From Acidobacteriota bacterium (GTDB lineage: Bacteria > Acidobacteriota > UBA890 > WLXD01): a stretch of DNA of 64,000 bases. The position numbers were made by a program, and so were the translations under genes. Each line of letters begins with the position of its first letter. Position 1 is the stretch's first letter. Shown piece after piece: positions 1-8,454 of the stretch. Where the stretch lies: contig CAXWPL010000001.1 in NCBI GenBank assembly GCA_963666215.2, positions 512,001 through 576,000 of the forward strand, written 5' to 3'. Below the pieces are notes generated by a model that was not told the origin of the DNA, searched no databases, and saw nothing but the letters and a program-made list of their open reading frames with translations.

Positions 1-381
1 AGGGAGCCCGTGCGGTCGAGGTAACTTCCCGCTCATCACAACCGACCCTCGATGACGGTCCGGAAAAGCGGGCTCTGGCGAACTTGGCCGCTCCGTCGAC
101 CGCGGCGACGATAGGGGCGCTTGACCGCCGGACTCTCGTCGAGCCGAGCAACTCAACATGGCAGTCGCGTGAGGCGACGATCGAACAAGCTGCCGGGGTG
201 GCACGCCTGTCGGCCGGCGGCACTGGCATCTCCGAGTCGAGATCGAACAGGCGCTGCATGTGCTGCCCCGGTCGCTCAGCCTCGACGTACTTCATTCCCG
301 AGGTCACGATCGTACGCGCCCGATCATCAACGACTTCAATGGTGACCGTGAGATAGGGAGAGTAGCTACGGCAACGGTGGG

Positions 382-597
382 ACCTTTCCGGTGTACGGAA
401 ATGGCACCCAGATTCGCGACTTCACCTACGTGGTTGACGTCGTGAACGCAAACCTTCTCGCCGCCCTGGCTGGTCTCGCGCCGGGCGCGATCGTGAATAT
501 CGCCGGAGGGGCGTCGACCACCTTGAGCGAACGGCACCCACGGCGGCGCTCGACTCTCGAAGAAGTCAGGCCCCCCCCTGCGCTCCCCCGCTCGTGA
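382..597 (+). pseudogene. C-terminal fragment of NAD-dependent epimerase/dehydratase
   Basis: FPVYGNGTQIRDFTYVVDVVNANLLAA...IVNIAGG matches the C-terminal part of extended SDR sugar epimerases; no N-terminal GxxGxxG region upstream in frame. Confidence 0.65.
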
Positions 598-606
598 TCG
601 GCAACC

Positions 607-1611
607 TCACGCAGAGCAGGACGCTCCACCCAGCACGCAGAACTTGGCGCAGTGCGGATGGTTGAGCTTCACCGAGCCGAGCGCCTCTGACAGGGTTTCG
701 CCGAGCTCGAACTGTGGGTCGTACGGCAGCAGCGTGCAGGCGAGCACGGCAGGGTGATCGACGCCCTTGCGCTTGACCACCATGCGCGAGCTGGCGCACA
801 TCATCGAGTCGGGATTGACGTCGAGGATGCCCCAGCAGTCGACGGTGATCTCGGGCACGTCGACATTGGGGTCCATCTCCGGAAAGAGTACGAGCTCGCC
901 GCGATCCTCTGGGTTGATTCGACTCGCTGCGTTGATGAAGAGCTCGTCGAACAGCCGGCCGTAGCCAGCCCGCGCCTCGGGCTCTTGCTCACCCCAGCAG
1001 GTACGGCCCGCCACGGCGATCCGGAAGCCCGACTGGGCCAACCAACGCAGACCCTCGATCGCCGACGCAAAAGCCCCCGCACCGCGCTCGGTGTCGTGCA
1101 GCTCATCGGTGTGGTGATCGAGGCTCACGCGCAGCGTCAAGCGATCGCCGTGGATCTCTTTGAGAGCCAGTAGTCGCTCCTGAACCGGCCGCCGCATCAT
1201 CGGCCGCATGGCGTTCGTCAGCACGAGAACCTCGTAGCCGCGGCCGAGAGTGTCGTCGAGGATGTCGAGGAAGTATGGATTCAGGAACGGCTCACCCCCG
1301 GTAAACCCGATCTCTCGAGTACCGAGGCCGAGCTCGTCGATCTCGTCGAGGTAGCCGGCGACCTCGGCGGCGGTCATGTACGCGAGCCGATCGTTGGTCG
1401 GACTCGACTCGATGTAGCAGTTGACGCACTCGATGTTGCACAGCGTGCCGGTGTTGAACCACAGCGTGTCGAGACCGGTGAGGGTCACCGTCGCGCGGCG
1501 CTCGCCCTTGGCTGTGATGTCGGGGTCGCGGAACTTCGCCGGGTCGAGCACCGGTCGAGCCACGCCGGCCTCGGTGCTCGGAGCCACTCCGACAGCAACC
1601 GTAACGCTCAA
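607..1611 (-). CDS. Radical SAM protein (ArsS-related neighbourhood)
   Basis: CxxxCxxC (LCNIECVNC), FTGGEPFLNP, LTN motif, Cys-rich C-terminus HPHCAKFCVLGGASCS; TTG/GTG start at 1611/1614 overlaps the upstream TGA. Confidence 0.85.
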   Translation of the reverse strand: MSVTVAVGVAPSTEAGVARPVLDPAKFRDPDITAKGERRATVTLTGLDTLWFNTGTLCNIECVNCYIESSPTNDRLAYMTAAEVAGYLDEIDELGLGTREIGFTGGEPFLNPYFLDILDDTLGRGYEVLVLTNAMRPMMRRPVQERLLALKEIHGDRLTLRVSLDHHTDELHDTERGAGAFASAIEGLRWLAQSGFRIAVAGRTCWGEQEPEARAGYGRLFDELFINAASRINPEDRGELVLFPEMDPNVDVPEITVDCWGILDVNPDSMMCASSRMVVKRKGVDHPAVLACTLLPYDPQFELGETLSEALGSVKLNHPHCAKFCVLGGASCSA

Positions 1612-2763
1612 CACTCGTCTCCCGGCTCGCAGCACGCAACGGCTTCGGTGGTGACGTCGTAGTCGAGGCCCTTGGTCTCGCGTGGATGACGCAGCGCGGT
1701 GCGGCTGCAATCGAAAGGCGGCGCGTTTTCGAGCGCGACCTCGTCCAGCGGGTCGACGAAGTCGAACGAGGTGGCGTACGGCTCGCGCGCGTAGATCTCG
1801 TAGGTCTTGTCGCATACCGCGTAGCGCTTGCCACGCTCCATGCGGTGACCGTCGTCGTCGAGCACCTCCTTGAAGGGGCCGCGATAGATCACCGCCTGGT
1901 TGCGCTCGATGCAGGCGCCTTCCTTGCCCTTGAATGCCTCGACCGTCACCGAGCGGAACTCGATACCCTCTACCGTACGCCAGGGCTCGGTTTGGCGCGA
2001 CACCACGCGTATGCCGTAGAAGCCCGCGCTCTCGAAGGCGCGCAGAAAACCGTCCTCGGTGAAGGCACCTGAGATGCAGCCGCTCCACAGCTCCGGATCT
2101 TGCTGCAGATCCTCCGGCACGACCTCGTCGGAGACGATGTCGGAGATCACCGCGCGGCCACCTCGGCGCAGCACACGGTGGATCTCGGCAAACAGCTGCT
2201 CACGCGCCGCCATGTCGACGAGGTTCAGAACGCAGTTGGAAACCACCACGTCCACCGAAGCCGACTCAACCAGGGGCCGAGCGCTGCGCAGCTCGTCCGC
2301 CTTTCTTTCGGCCGCGACCATTCCTTCGTAGCTGGCCACGGGACGGGCCGCGAGCTCGGCGTCGAGAGCGTTGAGATCGAGCGCCAGGTCCTGGATACGA
2401 CCGCGGCGGAACTCGACATTGGCGTAGCCGATTCGCTCGGCAACCACGGGGGCATTGCTGCGAGCAACGTCGAGCATGTCGGCTGTCATGTCGACGCCGA
2501 TGACGCGCCCGGACGGGCCCACAACCTGCGCCGCGATGAAACGGATCTTTGCCCGTGCCGCTGCCCAGATCGAGAACGGTCTCTCCCTGGCGCAGGTGCT
2601 TGGACGGGTCGCCACAGCCGTAGTCGCGCTCGAGCACCTCGTTGGGGATCGCCTCCAGGTACTCAGGGTCGTAGTCGGTGGGGCAGCACAGATCCGCAAC
2701 ACGCATCTGTGCGCCCTCTGCATAGCGATTGCGCACCGCCTGTTCGACATCGATAACGGACAT
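1608..2763 (-). CDS. ArsM-like SAM-dependent methyltransferase with C-terminal extension (frameshift at ~2549)
   Basis: LCCP, YGCGDP and VLDLGSGTGK in one frame continue as FIAAQVVG..IGVDMT, VVSNCVLNL and WSGCISGA in another; ATG at 2763. Confidence 0.8.
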
Positions 2764-2783
2764 GGGGACGTTCCTCAAAGACC

Positions 2784-2839
2784 GGGACACTTGGACACGG
2801 GGACACGGGGACACGGGGACGCGGGGACGCGGAGACATT
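2784..2839. repeat. 8-bp tandem repeat (GGGACACG/GGGACGCG, ~7 units)
   Basis: gggacact tggacacg gggacacg gggacacg gggacgcg gggacgcg gagacatt read directly. Confidence 0.9.
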
Positions 2840-2922
2840 GCGGCAACGAGCGGTCTCCGCAGCACCGAATGGCGGCGGAGCTCGACAGCTCGGGATAACC
2901 GAGAAGCAGTCTGCGTCGAGCG

Positions 2923-3678
2923 CTAAGCGCAGACCGGGGCCGCGCGATTTCCCGGCAGGCGCAACGGCCACGATGGTCGCGGACGATCCGCGCCAAGCAA
3001 TGCCGGTCGCCGCAGTTCCGCGAGCGCGCGCAACAATGCGGGCAACAACCAGCCCCACCCGTTCGACAGGCCTGAGTGGCTCGAAAGACCCGAGGCGCGC
3101 GTCAGCCACCGTTGCAGATCCTGCGGCCGGTCGAGGTCGTCGAGCGGATCGAGCAGGTGGACCGGTATCCCGGCAAGATCGAGCCGATCGAGCAGAGACC
3201 GCAACGTGTCGCCGGTGCACCAGCTCACTCCGTCGAGCTCACGCTCCAGCGACCTGCGGGAAGCAAGCAGATAAAAGCCGCCGTCACGAGACGGGCCGAC
3301 GACGACCGCGTTCGGGTGACGCTCGAGGTGATTGCCGGCGCGCTCGAGGTGATTGGCAGTCAGGCCCGGAGCGTCGGTACCCACAACCATCACGGCACCG
3401 TCGGCATCGGCATGAACCCGGCGCATGGCGGCACCAATGCGCTCGCCGAAGTTGCGCCCCCGCTGACGTTCGTACGCCGCCGCGGCCGGCAGTCGCATCG
3501 CCGTCGGTGACGACACCACCACCCGACAGCCAGCGTCGCGACCAGCGCGCAGCGTCGCGCTCAAGCACTCACGATGCAGCGCTCGCTCCATCGGCGCCAG
3601 ACGGGCCGGCAGCAACCGCCGGCAGGCCGCCTCGCTCTCCACGCCGCGCGTAAAAACCAACAGGGTCTGTCGCTTCAT
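2923..3678 (-). CDS. DUF2064 / TIGR04282-like glycosyltransferase-fold protein
   Basis: QRGRNFGERI, VGTDAP, VVVGPSRDGGFYLL and LDDLDRPQDL motifs. Confidence 0.8.
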   Translation of the reverse strand: MKRQTLLVFTRGVESEAACRRLLPARLAPMERALHRECLSATLRAGRDAGCRVVVSSPTAMRLPAAAAYERQRGRNFGERIGAAMRRVHADADGAVMVVGTDAPGLTANHLERAGNHLERHPNAVVVGPSRDGGFYLLASRRSLERELDGVSWCTGDTLRSLLDRLDLAGIPVHLLDPLDDLDRPQDLQRWLTRASGLSSHSGLSNGWGWLLPALLRALAELRRPALLGADRPRPSWPLRLPGNRAAPVCA

Positions 3679-3889
3679 AAAGACAAGCATGGCACGGCAA
3701 TTCGGAAACCTCGACGATCGGCGACTCATCGCACAAAAGAGGCGTGACGCAGCTCACGCCCGCGTCGCCTGTCGAACGCGATCGGACGCAGGCCCGCCGA
3801 GGCTGGGGCGCTAGCCGACCTGCTAGGATAAATGGCGTCTACCCTGTGGTAAGAGCACGGCGTCCGCCGTCCACGTCAAGAGGACCGTA

Positions 3890-4804
3890 GTGCGCTGGAT
3901 ACCTTACGAGCCCAGCCCGGCAGGCGGCGCTAGCGTGTGGCGGACCGTGGCCATGTACCTCCCGGCCGCAGCGATCGCCGGTGTCACCCTTCTTTCCGCC
4001 ACGCCCTCCACATCGGTAGCACCCGGGCCCACCGACGAGCCCCCTGCGGTGGCCGGGCAGCGCAACGGCATGCGCCTGGTGGTCATCGACCCTGGCCACG
4101 GCGGTCTGGAGACGGGCGCCGTCGCCGGAAATGGCCTCGAGGAAAAGGACGTCACGCTCGACATCGCCGGCCGGCTACGGGATCTGATCTTCAGACGTAT
4201 CGGGCTGCAGGTTCGGCTGACCCGTGACTCGGACATCGACATGCCGCTCGAGGGACGCACCGAGAACGCCAACAACTGGCAAGCTGACGTCTTCATATCG
4301 ATTCACGCTAACGCCTACCGTGGGCGCGTCGCGCAGGGTCCCGAGACCTTCTTTCTCTCCGATACCGCCAGCGACGAGGTGGCCCGTGGACTGGCGGGTA
4401 TCGAGAACCGCTCCACCGGCGCCCGCCGTGGCGCCGGCAACTCGCCGGGGAGCGCCGCGCAGGAGCGTCGCGCCCAGCTGCCGGAGCTCGAGTTCCTTCT
4501 CTGGGACCTCGCACAGAAGGAACACCTGCGCCAGAGTCAGTCCCTCGCCGAGCACATCCAGGGCGAGCTCAACTCGTTGTGGCAAATTCGTGACCGTGGC
4601 GTAAAACAGGCGCCTTTCCGCGTGCTCAAGGGCGCAACCATGCCCGCGGTTCTCGTTGAGGTGGGCTTCATGTCCAACGCCGGCGACGCCGCAAGGCTGG
4701 CGAACGCCAATCACCGCCAACGCATAGCCGAAGCGATCTTCAACGCGCTCAACGGCTTCCGCAGCGACTACGCAGTTCTTGCTGGCGCGGCGCCGCCCAA
4801 CTAG
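3890..4804 (+). CDS. N-acetylmuramoyl-L-alanine amidase (Amidase_3)
   Basis: VVIDPGHGG, EKDVTL, FISIHANA, VLKGATMPAVLVEVGFMSN. Confidence 0.92.
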   Translation: MRWIPYEPSPAGGASVWRTVAMYLPAAAIAGVTLLSATPSTSVAPGPTDEPPAVAGQRNGMRLVVIDPGHGGLETGAVAGNGLEEKDVTLDIAGRLRDLIFRRIGLQVRLTRDSDIDMPLEGRTENANNWQADVFISIHANAYRGRVAQGPETFFLSDTASDEVARGLAGIENRSTGARRGAGNSPGSAAQERRAQLPELEFLLWDLAQKEHLRQSQSLAEHIQGELNSLWQIRDRGVKQAPFRVLKGATMPAVLVEVGFMSNAGDAARLANANHRQRIAEAIFNALNGFRSDYAVLAGAAPPN

Positions 4805-4828
4805 TCGTCGGGACGGCGCAGGCAACCG

Positions 4829-5584
4829 ATGAACGACTACTCGCCGTCGATTCCCTATCGCGTGCTGGCGATCGCGCTGGCCATCGTCGCCGGGCTGGCC
4901 CTGGTGTTCTGGAGCGTCAGTCGCCTGGGTAGCCCAACGCGTCCGATCGAGGACCTGACGATCGACGCCGCCAACGACGCGGAGCCCGACGCTGCAGGAG
5001 CGGCTTCCGCGGACCTGACAGCGGCCGCGCCGGGGGGTGACCCGGCGGCCGGCGGCAACACCAACGACCCGAACGCGACATCAGATCCGGCTGCAGACCA
5101 GGCGGCACAACAGGACGCCGATCCGAATGCCAACGAACAGGCGCTCGAGGTCGCGACCGAGCCGGTGTCGCTGCAGCTCTTCCTCGTCGACGCGGCCAGC
5201 ATGCGCCTGATTCCACGACGTCGGCGGATACGAGCACCGCTCACGCTGGCCGCAAAGGCGCACGTCGCGCTGCAGCAGCTGGTGCGCGCCGACGGGTCGC
5301 TCGGGTTGTCGCCGCTGCCGTCGGGAACCGAAGTGCGCGAGGTCTGGGTGTCGCGCGGCGGCATTGCCTACGTCGACTTCGGCAGCAAGCTGTTGAGATT
5401 GCTGCCCGGCGGCTCGATGAGCGAGATCCACGCGGTTTACGGCGTAGTCGGCACCCTCACCGGCAGCTTCCCCGGCATCCGCGCGGTGCATTTTCTGATC
5501 GACGGCAGCCCCATCGAGACCCTCACCGGTCATCTCGACCTCTCGGGCCCGATCTTCACTCCCTCGAGCTGGCCGCTGTACTAG
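4829..5584 (+). CDS. GerMN domain membrane protein
   Basis: N-terminal TM helix; PLPSGT..AYVDF..GGSMSE..FLIDG..TLTGHLDL. Confidence 0.85.
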   Translation: MNDYSPSIPYRVLAIALAIVAGLALVFWSVSRLGSPTRPIEDLTIDAANDAEPDAAGAASADLTAAAPGGDPAAGGNTNDPNATSDPAADQAAQQDADPNANEQALEVATEPVSLQLFLVDAASMRLIPRRRRIRAPLTLAAKAHVALQQLVRADGSLGLSPLPSGTEVREVWVSRGGIAYVDFGSKLLRLLPGGSMSEIHAVYGVVGTLTGSFPGIRAVHFLIDGSPIETLTGHLDLSGPIFTPSSWPLY

Positions 5585-5599
5585 GTCGACGAGCGCGAC

Positions 5600-6199
5600 A
5601 TGCCTGAGCTGCTGGTCGCCACCACCAATGCCGGCAAGGTGCGCGAGCTCCGCGAGCTGCTCGCCCCCGCCGGCTGGACGCTCACGCCGCTGTCGCCAGA
5701 CATCGACGAGTACGTCGAGACCGGCACGACGTTTGCCGACAACGCGCGCGGCAAGGCCCTCTACTACAGCTCGCTCACCGGCCTGCCGGCGCTTGCCGAC
5801 GACTCCGGACTGCAAATCGACGCGCTCGAGGGCGAGCCTGGTGTGTACTCGGCGCGCTACATCGATCCCGCCATCAGCCAGGAAGAGCGCAATCGCCGAG
5901 TGCTGCGACAACTCGATGGAGTTGCGATCGCGAACCGCGGAGCACGTTTCGTCTGCCACCTGGCGCTGGCTCACGGCGGGCGTGTGATTCACGAAACGAC
6001 CGGGGTTTGCAAAGGGCTGATGGCGACTCACGCCGCCGGTTCCCATGGTTTCGGCTACGATCCGATCTTCGTCGACAAGGAAACCGAACGAACGTTCGCG
6101 GAGCTCACCGCCGACGAGAAATCGGCACGGTCCCACCGCGGCAGAGCCGTGCGCGCCATGGCCCGCTGGCTCCGAAACTGGACGCCACCGCCCAGCTAG
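5600..6199 (+). CDS. rdgB: Non-canonical purine NTP pyrophosphatase (RdgB/HAM1)
   Basis: ATTNAGKVRE, ADDSGL, PGVYSARY, GFGYDPIF, SHRG. Confidence 0.95.
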   Translation: MPELLVATTNAGKVRELRELLAPAGWTLTPLSPDIDEYVETGTTFADNARGKALYYSSLTGLPALADDSGLQIDALEGEPGVYSARYIDPAISQEERNRRVLRQLDGVAIANRGARFVCHLALAHGGRVIHETTGVCKGLMATHAAGSHGFGYDPIFVDKETERTFAELTADEKSARSHRGRAVRAMARWLRNWTPPPS

Positions 6200-6237
6200 C
6201 GCGTGTATCCTGAGCGATTCCCAGCACAAGACCAGGT

Positions 6238-6311
6238 CGGGGTGTGGCGCAGCTTGGAAGCGCACCTGCTTTGGGAGCAGGGGGCCGGAGGTTCAAATCC
6301 TCTCACCCCGA
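6238..6311 (+). tRNA. tRNA-Pro(TGG)
   Basis: Acceptor stem CGGGGTG/CACCCCG, anticodon arm CCTGC-TTTGGGA-GCAGG, T-loop GGTTCAAATCC; followed by CCT rather than CCA. Confidence 0.95.
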
Positions 6312-6664
6312 CCTAATAAGTCGAGTCAATCGAACGACTTACAGAGATTCGCGTGGAAGTCGTGCCACCCGGTGCTGCGGCTAGGTCACACAGGGGTCAC
6401 ACGGCGACCGCCCCTCCTGGAACAGTTGAGCGCGGCTTCGTCGAGGGCGTTCATGGGCTCGACGTCCACCGTTAGAGCAAGGCCAGCGCAGCGAGCGCGG
6501 CACAGTGACCTATTCGATACGACGGCCTCCTCAGCGCGAACGTCTACTTGGAGGCTCGCGGTCTGGGCACCTGCCAAGACCATGGCGCCCGGCGATGGCA
6601 CCGCCCAACCGCTGCTCGCGCTTACGAATAGCGATCGTGCCCTCGGAAGCAAAGGGAGGGCCGA

Positions 6665-6973
6665 TCAGGCTGCGTCAACATCGTCCAGCTGTCGCCTCGT
6701 TGTTCTGAGAAGGACCCCCCCCTCCCCGATCGGCGGTTTGGTAATCCATCGTCCAGACGCCGCCGCCGCGGCCATTCCCAACCGCGTCCGCTGCGCGCGA
6801 AGGTCGTTGTCGAACTGGGCAAAACTGGCAAGAATGTTCTCAAGTAGCTGGCCGGTCGGATCTTTGCTAGTCGGCTCGGTGATCGAGGCCAATTGGGTTC
6901 TGTGCGATGCCAGGGCGCCACGCAAGGCGATGTGATCGTCGAGTTGACGCGCGAACCGGTCGTACTTCCACAC
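6665..6973 (-). pseudogene. Serine recombinase (resolvase domain) remnant
   Basis: VWKYDRFAR...SITEP..DPTGQLLENILASFAQFDNDLRAQRTRLGM...GRW...PPIG; lacks the N-terminal catalytic YxRxS region and the C-terminal domains. Confidence 0.8.
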
Positions 6974-7088
6974 GCGGGCATTACCATGCAGCTGCATCGG
7001 GCGCTCCTTCTGAGGTCGTGGAGTCTTTGAACAACCCCATTGATCTCAGAAGTGAGCCCCGATGTGAACAACCTACTTAGAAAACACA
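6974..7088 (-). mobile_element. Truncated left end of IS481-family element
   Basis: Near-identical inverted copy of 15589-15704, including IRL, RBS and MQLHGNAR; flanked by a CTAG target. Confidence 0.9.
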
Positions 7089-7094
7089 CCTAGA

Positions 7095-7265
7095 GACGGC
7101 CGGGAGTGGAACGAGATTCAGCCTCTGCGACTGGTGGACGCCTTGGTCCGCGCCGGCAAACCCCATGACCTGCTCGTGATTCCTGGCGACTTTCGAGATC
7201 CAGCGAACGTACGCCACACGCGGCAGACACTGCGCCGGTACTTCGCGGAGCACCTGAGGCCTTGA
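7095..7265 (+). pseudogene. C-terminal remnant of S9 (prolyl oligopeptidase/DPP IV) peptidase
   Basis: LRLVDALVRAGKPHDLLVIPG...RRYFAEHL* translated by hand. Confidence 0.55.
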
Positions 7266-7444
7266 GCTCTAACCCCGTGTCGTCAGCGACGCTCGCGTGG
7301 TTACTGGAACGTCCAACCCGGCTTTAGGAGCAAGAGCAGGGGGAGCCCGGAGGCTTCGGCCTGCTTGGGGAGCACGTCAAACGGTGGTCCGGGATGGGTG
7401 TACGGAGGCCCCGCCTTGGCTGCAGTCGATACCTAGGCCCGCCG

Positions 7445-7500
7445 CTTCGGACGAGGATGAGTTGACGACAAGCCGCTACCTCGTGCGGGGGCATCCTGAA
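7445..7500 (+). repeat. Repeat A copy 1 (56 bp, identical to 14352-14407)
   Basis: cttcggacgaggatgagttg...gggcatcctgaa present twice. Confidence 0.95.
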
Positions 7501-7555
7501 TACGTAAGTGGTGTGTTGTGCGCCGCCGACTGTCGCGTATATAACTGGTCCCCGG

Positions 7556-7749
7556 TCAGCGGCCGGATAGCGAAACGGTCACGCCCCGTTCGGCCAGCAG
7601 GTCCTCGACGTCTCGAAGGCTCAGGCAGAAGCGGTGGTAGAGCCACGCCGCGTGGCTGATGATCTCGGGCGGGAATCGGTGCCTTCGATACTGCTGCAGC
7701 TCGTCAGTCATCGCCGAACCCTGCCAGGCTACCGGTTAACGACAGTGCC
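7556..7749 (-). mobile_element. IS6-family remnant (left IR plus transposase N-terminus)
   Basis: Minus-strand end GGCACTGTCGTTAA (IS6/IS26-type GGCACTGT) at 7749; ORF 7711-7556 MTDELQQYRRHRFPPEIISHAAWLYHRFCLSLRDVEDLLAERGVTVS. Confidence 0.85.
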
Positions 7750-8454
7750 GCCGTCGGGCTGCACCTGCAGGTCGCGCCGGACAGCATCGACCAGGGGCTG
7801 CATCACGTGCTCGGACGGGGATGACCCATGGGGCATTTCCGCCAGCACGGGGCTCCGGACCACCTGCGCCAGCGCCCCCAGGTTCACCCGCTCCCGCCCG
7901 GACGCCTGCTTCATGGGGCTGTTCAGGACGATCCCCAGCAAGGGGCAAGCCGCGGCGAGCAAGGCGCGTTCCGTAAGCGCCACGTGATTCACCGTCCCCA
8001 GGCTCGTGCGTGCCACAACGAGCACGCTCAGGTCGAGCTGGTTGGCGAGCTGCAGGAAGTCGAGGTCCGGGGCGAGCGGCACCAGCAGGCCTCCCGCTCC
8101 CTCCACGATCACCACGTCGTGGGCCTCGTTGAGCCGGCCGAAACTGGCTTCCAGCACGGCGGGATCGATGACCTGCCCCTCCTCCAGCGCGGCGATGGAG
8201 GGCGCGGCGGGAAGCTGGAAAGCGTAGGGCAGCACGTCGGCGGTAGGCGCCTCGCAGCCCGCCGCCTTGGCCAACAGGTCCGCGTCGCTGCCCGGTGGGA
8301 GCACCGTCGGGCGTGGACCGCCCTGGATGCCCGTCTCGCACGGCTTCATCACGCCGACCCGCAGACCCACCTCCCGCAGTGAGCGCGCCAGATGGCACGC
8401 CACCCACGTCTTGCCCACACTCGTGTCGGTCCCGGTGATCAGCAGCCCGCTCAT
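7729..8454 (-). CDS. bioD: Dethiobiotin synthase
   Basis: ITGTDTSVGKT, MKPCETG, VEGAGGLLVP, LGTVNH. Confidence 0.95.
   Translation of the reverse strand: MSGLLITGTDTSVGKTWVACHLARSLREVGLRVGVMKPCETGIQGGPRPTVLPPGSDADLLAKAAGCEAPTADVLPYAFQLPAAPSIAALEEGQVIDPAVLEASFGRLNEAHDVVIVEGAGGLLVPLAPDLDFLQLANQLDLSVLVVARTSLGTVNHVALTERALLAAACPLLGIVLNSPMKQASGRERVNLGALAQVVRSPVLAEMPHGSSPSEHVMQPLVDAVRRDLQVQPDGGTVVNR

Noticed and set aside
1-352. Minus-strand open frame running off the window start
   Set aside because: No recognisable motif or clear start; cannot be supported
2784-2839. CRISPR array
   Set aside because: 8-bp contiguous units with no spacers; no cas genes or repeat-spacer arrays seen anywhere in the window
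2840-2900. SAM-I or SAH riboswitch (TTATCCCGAG...GGTGC on minus strand)
   Set aside because: Only fragments of the consensus match; the GAGGGA/GGCCC/GCAACC core and closing GAT are missing
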